Assembly: GCA_030704615.1 (NCBI GenBank)
Contig: CM060731.1
Location: 50,778,001 to 50,842,000 of the forward strand
Source: Takakia lepidozioides
Lineage: Eukaryota; Plantae; Bryophyta
Length of the DNA: 64,000 nucleotides
Direction: 5' to 3'
A model generated the notes under the pieces. It worked only from the letters and a program-made list of their open reading frames with translations, was not told the DNA's origin and made no database searches. Position numbers and translations under genes: made by a program. Shown in pieces: positions 22,889 through 34,388 of the stretch (positions are counted from its first letter, which is position 1; each line of letters begins with the position of its first letter).

Positions 22889-23991
22889 CTGAGGCCCCCT
22901 GTAAGCTCCATGGAACTTGGGCTGGGCAACCTTGCCCCCCTGACCACGCTGTTGGGCAGTCCCTTGTGTTGTGGGCTGACAACTGTGCCCCGTACAGGCA
23001 TGTCCTTGCCAAATCCAATTGTAACAACTCGTTCCTCCACCATGTTGAGTTCAATCCGCTCAGCCAGCAGAAACACATCTGCTAATGTGGGTTGGGCTGC
23101 TTGTAACAGGGTTGCATCTCGCACCCTTCTCTTGAGCTCCTTGTCCAGAATTCCATACCAAAACTGGATTGCCTGAGCTTCAGTAACCCCTTGGGTCACA
23201 CTTATCAAGCGCCTCATACGAGTGTACGCCTCTCGCAGGCTCTCACTGGGTTTGCGCTGGAAGTCTTGCAAACTTCGCAGCTTCTCTGTCCGTACACCTT
23301 GGTAGTTCCTTCGCAACTCCTGGAAGAACTCCACCACCGGGTTGAATCTAGGCACATGGGTTGTAGCTGTGGCAGGAGGAGTAGTAGCACCTTCTGAACT
23401 GGTACCACCTGCAGAAGTACCAGCACTACCTGCTCCACTACTAGTGCTGGCAGTGGGAGCTATTGGTACTGATGCAGCTACTGGTCGCGTCATGCCTCGA
23501 GTAATGGAGATGTAGTCAGGTGACCAATACATCCTCCACTCCTCAATCTCTGCTTCATGTCCTCGCCTGAACTCGTGGTAATCGTCCATAGGCGGGCCTT
23601 CCAAATGCTGGAACAGTCCCTTCCACGCCATGAATGGGGTGAATAGATGTGGATTGCGCATCTGCTGCAAATCACACCAGCTGTCGAACTCCTGGATAAA
23701 GTCATCCAACTCGATTGTGCCCACAGCTCCAGAGTACCTACGAGGCCCCTTGGTAGCTCCATACATCTCCTCCATGTCGTCCCACAACAATGGCGAATGA
23801 AAGTGCACACCTGTTGATGAAGCCTCCGAGCCTGTGTCTGACTCTACAGTAATTGAGGGTGGCGGTGAAGGTGGTCTGAACCGAATACCTCTTCTTGTGA
23901 ACCCACTCTCACTGTTACTGCCTGTAGCCGTACTCCCCTCAAAACCCTTGGGTAACTCCGTAATGACACTCACAATGTGCACCTCCTCCAC
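22840..23991 (-). CDS. Gag capsid region; joins the next ORF by a -1 frame change around 22950-23000
   Basis: ELDDFIQEFDSWC...FFQELRRNY...LRSLQDFQRKPSESLREAYTRMRRL matches the retrotransposon gag pattern. Confidence 0.85.
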   Translation of the reverse strand: MEEVHIVSVITELPKGFEGSTATGSNSESGFTRRGIRFRPPSPPPSITVESDTGSEASSTGVHFHSPLLWDDMEEMYGATKGPRRYSGAVGTIELDDFIQEFDSWCDLQQMRNPHLFTPFMAWKGLFQHLEGPPMDDYHEFRRGHEAEIEEWRMYWSPDYISITRGMTRPVAASVPIAPTASTSSGAGSAGTSAGGTSSEGATTPPATATTHVPRFNPVVEFFQELRRNYQGVRTEKLRSLQDFQRKPSESLREAYTRMRRLISVTQGVTEAQAIQFWYGILDKELKRRVRDATLLQAAQPTLADVFLLAERIELNMVEERVVTIGFGKDMPVRGTVVSPQHKGLPNSVVRGARLPSPSSMELTGGLRCKGPWHLLQANSNQG

Positions 23992-24510
23992 GTGACACTA
24001 TAAGGTTCTAGTACTAATCTAATAGTGACACGGGTGGGCACCTGTTGCAGTCTAAGGGTCATATCCCAATGGCTCAGGGCACCTGCACCTGCATCCACCG
24101 CAAGAACTCCTATGGTTGGCTGGTCATCAACCCAGCCTCACCATAGAAGAAACACTGGTGGTCTTGCTGGTCATCACTCCAGCCTCACCACCGACAGCAT
24201 ACTCTAGGATTGACCGGTGATCAAATCCGGCCTAATCCCTATGAAAGCAAGCGCCCACACAAAACCAACATGGCGCACAGTCAAGCATGCAGGTGTTGGG
24301 GGGGATCCAAACACAAGAAATCAAAACATCAACACCCCCACACCAAAATCCAACAGCAACGCTGATCCTGCAGAATATCCCAGCCCAAAACCCCGGACTG
24401 ACTGGCCTCCACCAAGAGAGGCTTTGGCAACTACAAGTATAAGGTAATGAAAATAGTACAGAGATGGAGGGGAAGAATAGAAGCCCGACCAAGCAAGATC
24501 TAATCCTGAT

Positions 24511-25272
24511 CTATGCTATCAACTGCCAGACTTCTCTCAAAGTGCCTCGCTCTGCATGATGGTAAGGTGTAGGAGGTATATCTATGTCCAGAAACCTGCC
24601 ACTAACCTTGTCCCAAGCTACAGTAGCTCGCTCTAACCAACCCTCCTCCTCTTTCTGCCAGGTAGAGACAAAGCAATACTCCCCTATCTCCCGCTCACTG
24701 AACACTAAAGAAAACAAAGGTAGGGTCTGATAGTCTCTCAACTCGAAAGCTTTGAGACGGTTGCGGGTGTCCTCATTGCGAATGACTGCATCTCCTTCAC
24801 GCACAACAAACATGTCATTGCTGATGAACCCCCGCTCATGGTTGCCCTGTGCAGAGCGTATCCGGCTGCAACCATGTCTGATTGCACAAACTTGTGTAGC
24901 TCCTGCTCCTCTGCTCCAGTACACCACGGCCTTGTGACTGAAAACCTTGGTCCCCGGGGCTGTCTTTGGCTGTGTTCCAAGCCTAGCTTTCACCCACTTT
25001 GGTATTTCACCTACAGCTGCAGAACTGCTGGCTCCAACAGAGTTCTGACTGTCCAAGGCAATATTGAGGCCCTCAATGCCAACTACAGCAGTCTGTTGTC
25101 TACTGCTAATGCCTGACTCCCAGTATGCAATCAACTCGTCCAACTGTTCTCCACTCAAATCAGTCTGAGTTCCTTGGGAAACATAAATCCTGTCCCCTTG
25201 TGTGCACAGGCTAAGAGAAGAGACCTGCCCTTCAATTACGTCCTCATTTCCCCAGCCATGCAAGGAGTACAT
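24511..25272 (-). CDS. Extra 253-aa ORF upstream of gag, unknown function
   Basis: ATG-initiated, uninterrupted, same strand as gag/pol and inside the element; no motif recognised. Confidence 0.55.
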   Translation of the reverse strand: MYSLHGWGNEDVIEGQVSSLSLCTQGDRIYVSQGTQTDLSGEQLDELIAYWESGISSRQQTAVVGIEGLNIALDSQNSVGASSSAAVGEIPKWVKARLGTQPKTAPGTKVFSHKAVVYWSRGAGATQVCAIRHGCSRIRSAQGNHERGFISNDMFVVREGDAVIRNEDTRNRLKAFELRDYQTLPLFSLVFSEREIGEYCFVSTWQKEEEGWLERATVAWDKVSGRFLDIDIPPTPYHHAERGTLREVWQLIA

Positions 25273-26975
25273 CCACAGATTTGTCTCTCATATAGACCAG
25301 CACAGGTTCTAGAGACAGGATTGTGGATCTTTTATGGCCCACTCACACTCTAAAAATTCCATAGATTTTTAGCAGAGTCCCAAAAACAGAAACCAGGTCT
25401 AGGTAGGTAGATTTCCCATTTCTGCAGCTATCCCCCCAAAAACTGAGTCAAACAGAGCCCATATGACAAAGATATGACCAATTAGGCTCTAAATCATTCG
25501 AATTAGATCAAAAAGGCTTTTTTTTTTTTTTTAACACCAAAACGTTCTCGCCATTAAAAACTGTTCCCATGTTATCTACGGGTTGATCTGTCGGATAAGT
25601 GATATCCACACTTGTGCCCTCCGTTCCCTGCAGGTTCCCGATTTTCCATCTGAACAGCCCGTCTCGAGTTCTCCACACATGGGCGGGTCTTGGGGAATTA
25701 CGATGAATACAATGGCACGCTGAAGCTCAGCAGCAGGTAGACAATGTGTCCATTAATGTAAAGAGCCTGGCAGATCGACAGTTTGAAACGATCAATGCTT
25801 CATCTCCTGTTATGCCATTCGCATCAGCCTGCCGTAGATTGTCTGTCAACCAATATCCGAGTTCAATTGTCCAAGCAGAAATCTACTAGAAATCTACCAA
25901 CCGGCTACTGATTCCATAAATACTGGCAACTCCCATTCTGGATCTGTACTCAATGGATCAGTATAGAGTGGCTGCCCTTAGGGCGCGCTTCATCCCAACC
26001 AGGGTAATCTGCACTGAAGCCGAGATGACACTTGAAGCGGCTGCTTCCACAATGCTCCCTCTTTGGTGCATTCATCGTGCTAATCTAGCACTGCCCAAAC
26101 CACGCCACAAACTCTCGTTGGTGCAGGAAATATGGCTGCCGCATTGCAGGTCTCGGGTCAGGCTCTCCATATCCTAGGCGTGCATATTGCTGCTGATATT
26201 GGGGCTGCCTTCAAATTGACTGCCAATAGGCCCGAACCTTAATTGCGCACTTGCTAGAAAATCTAGCCTGACCCCGTCCATCCATTTGCTTGCTTCCTCG
26301 CGATGTGCAGCCAGACAACCTCACATCAACCAGCCCACAACCACTCCTTCATGGTGGCTGGACTATAGTCGCACACCGACTTCCCACCCATTGCTAGTAA
26401 CCATTCCACATGAAAGCCAACGACGGCACAATCTGCCTTCATGCCAGCCTGTCCCTCCTCGCTGACCAAGAAAACCAACGATAGCCAGCCAACTTCTCAA
26501 CTCGGCCTTTACTGATTGCACACCCTGATATATGCCATGAACAACTTCACCAAATCGTTTGTCATCAGTACCGATATACCATTGGGACGACGACTTGTAG
26601 ACATGAGCCCATCAACCAGTCCAACACCTTGGCTGCTCACTATGTGCAGGTCTGAAACCATCAGTCTGCTCAGGAATTACCTATAGCATGGTATTTTTAT
26701 CTCTGCAGCTGAAGTCGAAGACCACGGTCCACCCACTCGCGTAACCAGCTGCACCTCCGCTTCTAACCACCAAGACAATGAAGGCTTGCATCCCAGCCTT
26801 GCGAGACAACAATAATGCTGATCGTTTCACCATGCTCGGCTCTCAATCTGCCGCTCAGCCAGTGACCGTTAAAAGGGAGAATACCCATGCACTTTTGTGT
26901 TACCGCTTTCAACACACACAAAATCCACAAGTGCTAAAAACTAATTAAGCTCACATCTTGCACTCACAGATGCAA

Positions 26976-26993
26976 GCTCAATCTCTCTCGAGT
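26976..26993 (-). promoter_or_regulatory. Putative primer-binding site complementary to the element's own LTR (self-priming)
   Basis: 26981-26993 ATCTCTCTCGAGT is the exact reverse complement of 27183-27195. No TGG tRNA-type PBS is present. Confidence 0.7.
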
Positions 26994-26994
26994 G

Positions 26995-27349
26995 ATAAAC
27001 AAAGCTAAAAAGGACATACACTTCCAACACAAGAAATATAAAATCCATCGCTATCACTCATTGAAACTGAAGTCGAGCCAGGGGCACCCCAAGCTATGGG
27101 GACTCCACCCCACAACAACCTGTATCCCTACATAAGCACACTAAAACCTAAACACATGCAGGAGCTCGGTCGCGCAGGCTCAACTCGAGAGAGATGAGCC
27201 ACGCGACCGCCGCTCTCGTGAAGATAAGGCCATTCAGGTGTCAAACTAAACTTGACACCTGATTTAACACTTGACCTAAATCCAAGTGTTAAATACAAAT
27301 AACTAGCTTTATTCTAGTTGTTTTCACACTGTGCTTATTTAACTTGACA
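26995..27349 (-). repeat. Terminal repeat B, 5' copy (355 bp)
   Basis: Identical to 15955-16309; ends TTGACA followed by GCTT. Confidence 0.95.
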
Positions 27350-27408
27350 GCTTTGTAATGTTGTTGTTGCCGGAACTGTAGTCGTTAGTTGTTAGATGAG
27401 ACCATTGA

Positions 27409-28107
27409 AGGCAGGTTCACACGATAGAACTCCGTCCGTCCCATCGGGACGTGGCGGCTGCAGCAGGTGCGGCAGGGCGGGGTCCACCCTCGAGGGCGAC
27501 TTCCCGCTGTCCATGCCATCCCCCGTTCCTTCCCCGTGGCTATTCATGGCTAAACCTGTGTGTAGGGTTTAGCCGGAGGTCTCTTCGTGAGAGCTTCTTT
27601 TGCTCTTGCGCAGGGTTTAGGGTGCAGTTTCCACCAAGCTTTGTTGCATCTTCGTCTCTTTTTTCTTCTCTCCAAAGTCTTGCAAGCCATGGCAGCAAAT
27701 ATACAGAATGTAAACAGAGTAAAAGAAGAAACCCCTCCAAGCTCATCTTCACCCACATCTGAGCCATAGATTAACCAAAACATCAAATAAATATGCATCA
27801 TGTACACCTAGTACTAACTGTCATAGACAGCTTGTACACTTAGTACTCTCCAGTATAACTCTCATAAGCTTGTACTCCTAGTACCTGCATAACTCTCATA
27901 AGTGTACCAGCCTGTACACATAGTACGAACAGAGCTCTCACAAAAACAGAGGCAAAATCCCTTGCTTGGGCGTGGCTAAACTCAATGTTGCCTCACAGGT
28001 GCAGTGAACATGTTGCACCGTCCGTCCCGTCCGTCCCCCTTCACGCGTGCGGAGGGCCCGCCACTATGACTGGACGGGACGGACAGATTTACGTCGTGAA
28101 CCTGCCT
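27409..28107. mobile_element. PIF/Harbinger-like non-autonomous element
   Basis: TIR AGGCAGGTTCAC / GTGAACCTGCCT, 3-bp TSD TGA on both sides, subterminal TCCGTCCC motifs. Confidence 0.8.
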
Positions 28108-29713
28108 TGAGATTCATATGCATAGCAACAAACAAGGATGTTGGACCGTGGTCAAAATCGGTAAAGATTTTCTAGCTTTTTTCCCTTTGTGTTCTTAGGA
28201 TCTTCTTGAGCAGAATTTCCCACGTTAGATTGTCTTACGAGGAATTTCCCTGTGAGGATGGGCTCATTTCTTTTCTTTTCTTTATCTTTCTATTTCTTCA
28301 CTTCTTGTCTTTTTCCTCATACGATCAAGGACAGTCTTTCACTATCTATCAGAAACAAGCCTCAAAGGGCAACTGGCTCTCTTGCTTTGCTTTGGCACAA
28401 CATATTAAGAGGAAGATAAGACTAGGGAGCATGACTAAGCACAACACACCAATCAGCGCCTTGACACGGTGTAAGGTACTTTCTCCATTGATTTGCATGT
28501 CTCCGCAAAAGTCTCTCCCTACAAGAGAGCCCATAAAAGGAATAAGCTGAAAAGAAAAAAGTTGGAAAATCTTTACACAAGGGAAGTCACTGTCCCTCAG
28601 TACTTCCGCCTTTCTCAGTCTCCTCTCACTTGGGCTACGCCCTCGTCAGCAAACCCCAAATGCGGAAGTACCTCGGCCCCTCGAATGAAATGGGGAGCTT
28701 TCCACAATTGACATGTGGCCAGTGATCAAGGTAAATGTGTTGGTTGTGATTATAAAAAGTGAGAGTATAGATCCCCACGAAACAACAACTTCGCACTTGA
28801 GCAGGTAGCCCAATGGTTGGGTGTTGGTGCCTTGCCTGTGCATAACCTAGGTGTTGGTGCCTTCAGACCGTCCATTGGGCCCTCGATGGCCTGTGTGTTG
28901 AGCATTAGGCTCTGTAAATTCACTAGATGTTAAAGAAACTTTCTTTCTTTCTTTCTTTCTCCCATGGTGACCAAAGTGCCATAAAATTTACAAAAAGTAA
29001 ATAACAATAATAACTAAATAATATTATTATTTCTATAATATCATAAATATCCTAATACCATTATGGCAGCACATCATAAGGACAACAAAATGCCAACAAA
29101 GACAAATATGAAATCATTAATTAACATTATAATATAATAAGGTAAAACTTGGGTTTTGCCAGTAAAATTGAATAACAGAGATAATGATAGTTCCAATATA
29201 TCCTCAAAATCCATGTCTCTCCGGCGAAACTTCAAGAGTTTCTTCACATTTTCAAAAATTCCAAGAATGTGCTCACGTGATGGTTGAGATTTGCAATAGT
29301 TCTCGCGTAAGCACATTCTTGTTTCGCATATGCTCCCTAACCTCCTCCGTATTTTTGCTGTAGCGCTCAGCCGTCCACTTATTTAAAAAATGAAATAAAA
29401 GAAAATAATGATATTGTTGTGCAGTGTACCTTACCTTCCTACGCAGTTAGTCAAGCCTCCAGACAAGCCTCCAGACGAATACTTAATTATTCTTAAATAA
29501 CGTGTGGGTAGTCCAATACAACGTTGAGTTGTCATGGAGAAGGTGTCATTCGTCCAAGATTCAATGGGGGGCTTATTCACTGTGTTCAAATTCGACACTT
29601 GTAAACCAGTGTTTTTTTGTTTTTTTTTTGTTTTGTTTTTGGTTTGTTTTTTTTTCCTGGCAGCCTATGTTCAAATCGTAGGACTCAACAGCCTAGGCAG
29701 GTATTTATTTATT

Positions 29714-29850
29714 AATTTTTTTTCTGAAGGGAAATACCCGGGAGCAACCGCTCACAGATCAGGCCCCTTAATTGGAGTGAGAGGAGAAAATAACCTCTTT
29801 CATGATAACCTCGCCATGAGGAGCCGAGCACAAGGCTCAAGGGACACCCC
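29714..29850 (-). mobile_element. 3' part of the SINE family seen at 14003-14245
   Basis: Reverse complement shares GAAAGAGGTTATTTTCTCCTCTCACT and GGCCTGAT.TGTGAGC...TTCCCTT plus an A-tail. Confidence 0.7.
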
Positions 29851-29959
29851 CCAAGGGAAGGGCGAGCACAATAAGCCCACCCCTGAAAAGGGTCAGTACC
29901 CCCATGGGGAAGAGGCCCTATTTACGCTAGCTTCGGCTGGCGTCATACATATACCTATA

Positions 29960-30300
29960 CCAGTGTTGGACATATACCTATACCAGTGTTGGGACGGATA
30001 TAAGTCATCAGGATATCAACCCGGATATCAATGTATCCGGACCTGGAACCGACATTTTTTAGTATCCCGGTTAGATGCATAACCGGACGAAAAAAAATCC
30101 TATACCTGGGGTAAATATCCGGCCAATACCCATCTATATCTAGTGGATCGCAGCCCTAAGCTTGATAACCGGAGGCATACCCGGATCCGATGTTTGTCAC
30201 GTTGGTAATACCGGGCACCGGCGGATATCTAAATCCAAAAGTTTTTAATATCCGGAACCCAATATGACAAAAAGGGGTAGATCCGCCTGATATATACCAC
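29960..30300. mobile_element. hAT-like MITE remnant
   Basis: CAGTGTTGG start (tandemly duplicated) followed by many CCGGAT/GGATAT motifs; the other terminus was not found. Confidence 0.4.
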
Positions 30301-31269
30301 GTGGAAGGCAGTAACCCTTGGGGGTGAAGAGACACCGAAATTTACGCTTCCTTGGGGAGGCGTCAAATATTTATTGGCCCGGGCCGACATAGCATCAAGT
30401 TGGCCAAAGTGACCTTAACCTTATGTCATGGGTTGTTCCCATGAGACTTAATGGGAACATGCAAGGTTTTAGTTCCCAGTTGGGCACAGGCTACACTGAT
30501 TTTTTCATTCTTTTGTTGGCCTTGAGCAGTGACCACATTAGTATGCATGCATATGCAGCATGAAGTACCTTACACCTCCAGTGGGTCTGAGCTAAACATT
30601 CTCCTTATGTTTTTAATGTGTTCTATTCATGGCTGATTGTGTATGTATATTCACCGATTCATAGGTCAAATGATAATATGTGTTTATATCCCAAGTAATC
30701 AGAGGTTCCTCACGTTCTTTATGTGTTCTACTCAAGCCCACAATGCCATCTTTTTTCATTGCCAAAAAGGCAGGTTCACTGTCTCTGTTTACTGCTCTAA
30801 GGTATCTCCTACACGCCCGTGTGTCTAGGCCTCATGGCAGCCTCCGGGTTTAATTTTTTCCCTTCAATAATTATAAAGAAAATTTACAGGGCCTCTGTCC
30901 CCAGTTGCCTAAAAGGAAAAAGAAAAAGAAAAAAAGGCAGGTGATAAGTTATGAATGAGGAAATAATATAATATGAATATATATATATGTAATATGCTTT
31001 AATAGATAGTACATATATTTTATTATTTTTATTTTATTTTAATGATTTTACTTTTTTTGCTTTTAAAAATAGAGACCAGTGTTGTATTGGTTTATAGGTG
31101 AAAGACTGATATGTGCAAGGTATATGCACTGCTATTAAATACCAAATTAGTCAACAACATGGCTTAAGTGTATGTCACGCCTTATAATCATTCCATAAAA
31201 CTTCATATCAGTAAGACAATGGCAGGGCCTCCGTGTATCTCACGCCTTGTTTAATATTTATACCACCCT

Positions 31270-31347
31270 CAACAAAGTAGCAGGATTTGAACCCAGAATT
31301 ACCTGGGTGGTACTGAACGCTCTATCCAACTGAGCTACGGACTAGTG
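31270..31347 (-). mobile_element. tRNA-derived SINE head
   Basis: Minus strand TAGCTCAGTTGG ... GGTTCAAATCC; homologous to 14003-14080. Confidence 0.65.
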
Positions 31348-34300
31348 ATTATTCTGACATCTATGCAAAACATAAAAAAAGGACTCCCAGGTTTCCTCTG
31401 AAAATAAAAAGAAAAGAAAAGGACAAGCTAAAATAAAAACAAATCTACTAATGCACCCGGATTCCAGTGCCAGGACTGTGTGAAGGTAAGTTAAAACGTT
31501 AAAAGTTAAAACCCATATAAGTTACCCACCCAACAGTGGTAGATGCTAGATACTAGATACCAGATACCAGTCGGGTGGTGGGTGGTTTCACTGGGCCGGG
31601 TTGATGGCGGGATGGAGGAGGTATACAGTAGAAACAAGACAAAGGAACAAGGATTCCGCAAGAGGCCAGGGAGCAGGTGAGGCAGCCGCGGCTGCTGCCA
31701 TATTTCTCCCGGCCTTGGATTCTAGCGAGGCCCTGACAGAATCGCAGGAAGGTTGACGGTGGAGAACCCACAGCTTGGATCGCTGCGTTCAAAAAACAAC
31801 AGCTTCGACCTCTCCGTTCTCCGGAGGAATCGATCGCATGTTACAAGGTGACGTGTAATTCAACGCTACAAAGCATATTGACTCTATGTTGTCTGCGCTT
31901 GTATATTTGGAGAGATCTTCCAACGTCAGAAAACAGATTGTGTGCACATTTTGTGCTGTATAGCCTCTTTATAGCAGCTGGACGTAAGTGAAGAAGTCAG
32001 CTTCATCTCCTCTAGTGACTGGCTGTCTCCCCGTCTTGTATATTGTGGGACCATTGTTGAGGGATCCATCTCCCTGGGTCTTGATAGACACCGATAGACA
32101 CTTGTAAATTTTTCCCATCTTCTCCTGCTTATCTAGGCATTTTTGGCATTCAGGAAAGCACCCTTCTAGTGATAACAATCGAGTTGAAGGCCCCGTTCAC
32201 CCACACCAGACTGGTGCAGTGTGCTGATTTTCTGCAGGATTCGGAGGTATTTCTGTCTCTCTCTCTCTCATGTGTTTGTTAGCATACATGGAATCATATA
32301 GTTTTGAGGAAATGGTGAGGAACGAATGCTGAGGTCCATCCTTGTTTCGAAACTGTCCTGGCAATCGCGTATACACTTTTTCCTCTCTTTTTCCTCCAAC
32401 TGTACAATGGAGATAGTTGGCTGATCATACTTAGTGTTCTGTAGCAGCTGCTGGAGAAAGAATTATGGCACAGGTAATGGGGGTGGCGCCCAATTCATCA
32501 TCGTCCTGGGGAGAGAGCTTGTCCGTAGCAATACAGCAGAACACATGCGGATTGGACATGGCCTCGTGTGGGCCTTTGCTTGCTTCCCGACCACGACCAG
32601 TGGCGGTCTGCCAGCTTGCTCGCATTCGCACCAAGTCTGCTGATCTCTCTCGCAGGTTTAGATATTTAACATTTATCCTGAGTGTCGTCTTGGAAGCACA
32701 GCCCGCACATGTATCTTCAACGGAATTGAGAAGTCACAGTGTCTCTCACTGTAGTCGTATCCTAATTTGCTATGCTGGAGATTAGGTCCTCTGCAAGCTC
32801 TACGCATCGTCGTAGTAATTTTCCCTGTAATGTCTTCAATTTTTCCGTGAGATTCTAGTGCGTGCAGAGCTGGACCATTAAAATACTCTTACTATCTTAC
32901 TGTCAGTTTGCATCTTCTCTATTAATATGGGAACTTGCTGCAGTCGGACATGTGAACTGAAATGTTCCTTTGTGATGAAGGTCATTTGTCTACCGCGTCC
33001 AGTTGGATGGGATGACCGTCTTGGCGAAGACTCCCTCCGTAGAGAAGAGTCAAGCGAAAGAGGATGAGTTGTCAAGCACCAAGGCTGGAGGGATTCTTTC
33101 CACTGGTAGAAAGAGGGGAGCCCTGAAGACTGTTGATATGTTAGTCCGGAAGGCAAGGTTCATGGGCCTCGAAGAGCGAGAGGACACTGTGTTTCCGAGC
33201 TTTTCGGATGAGTCATCAGACGAATCTGATTAGTGTAAACTATGAAGACTTGCTCGACATCTGACCATGACGACTGATCAATTTCCTCCACAATACTGTA
33301 CATACTATTCAAACCATTCTTGCCACATTGGAAATACTGCACATAACTGTAACTACCTTACTCAGCAGCTTGAGAACATCCGATCCGATCGACTCTTCAA
33401 TTCTTGTCAACTCCTCTGTAAATTCCTCCATTTCTTGCCAGATTTGAGCTTCGGTGCGTACTGATGATGATTCAAGTACACTTCTATCGAGTGTTTGAAC
33501 CAACTTTTTTGTTATGAGAAGGCTTATATGGAGCCTGTAGTAGTTAGTGTAGTGTTTTTGCACTGGCGGTGGTTACCAGTAGAGAGAAGCACAAACATGG
33601 AGCCACATAGGAAGGCAGTTCTTGCTGCTAACATGGAAAGGGTTGAGCTTTTATTGCAAACCTGAGTTTTTGTTATCCCCCACAGTGCATGATAGTTTGC
33701 ATCTGTAGATAAGCATGGTGACATACTCACATAAGTTAGCGAGTGAGATAGAGGACCAAAGGTGGTCATTAGACCTCCTTCCCTCTCTTTTGTTTTGTCA
33801 CTGCGTGTGCTCTGAGGTGGTGTTGCCTCCATTAATTTGGGGAAGAATAAAGTGTGATGCCCATTGAGTCCACAAGTCCCTCTCAGTGGATTGGAGCATG
33901 AGTTAATTGTCTGTTATTCCTGTTTAGACATTGTAGTGAAGAATTGTTCCCATTCTACTTCCTTGTCAGGACAAAACCTTGGTGTGCAGAATTCTCTTTA
34001 CATGTTTCGCAGAGTCGAAGCATTAAAGAGAGTAAACCAGGCCATCCCTAGGAAACAGTGCTGTAAAGTAGTGCAGTAGATTTACTCTGACCTTCTGACT
34101 GAAATGAGACAGCAAGTTTCCCCAGCTAATACATTGGGAACAACAAGCTAGAAGCACAATACGAACACACTTCAAAACTACCTTCCAGCAAACCCCATCA
34201 CTATCTATGTCTGCTCCATGCACAGTGGCCACACACTAAAACCATTTGCATGCAATATGATCAAATCACTAGAATCCACAAAAATGCTGGATTTTTGACA

Positions 34301-34388
34301 CGGGGACATTCCTTGCCCTTCTAAATGATTACATGTTTTGCTCAAGTTACTACAAGGCATAATATAGGAAGCATAGGCACACCAAAAC

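Larger units (their letters stand above)
15870..27349 (-). mobile_element. Ty3/Gypsy-type retrotransposon carrying a DNMT3-like methyltransferase and PHD finger, with split/permuted terminal direct repeats
   Basis: Ends TGTC...GACA, flanked by GCTT (15866-15869 and 27350-27353). Domain order PR-RT-RH-IN. Repeat copies are identical by eye. PPT-like AGGGGGG precedes the internal repeat. Confidence 0.95.

Noticed and set aside
16492-25116. Plus-strand ORFs overlapping gag/pol
   Set aside because: Antisense shadows of GC-rich coding sequence with no motifs.
27060-27230. Hammerhead ribozyme (retrozyme-like) in the LTR
   Set aside because: No CUGANGA/GAAA core in the proper stem context was found by eye on either strand.
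15870-27349. DIRS/Ngaro tyrosine-recombinase element, suggested by the split repeats and a methyltransferase
   Set aside because: No tyrosine recombinase motifs were seen. The element has an aspartic protease and an intact HHCC-DDE integrase, and its MTase is C5-type.
31550-34300. Additional gene between the repeats and SAS10
   Set aside because: Exon-like pieces occur on both strands, but they contain stops and frameshifts and no recognisable family; no model could be built.
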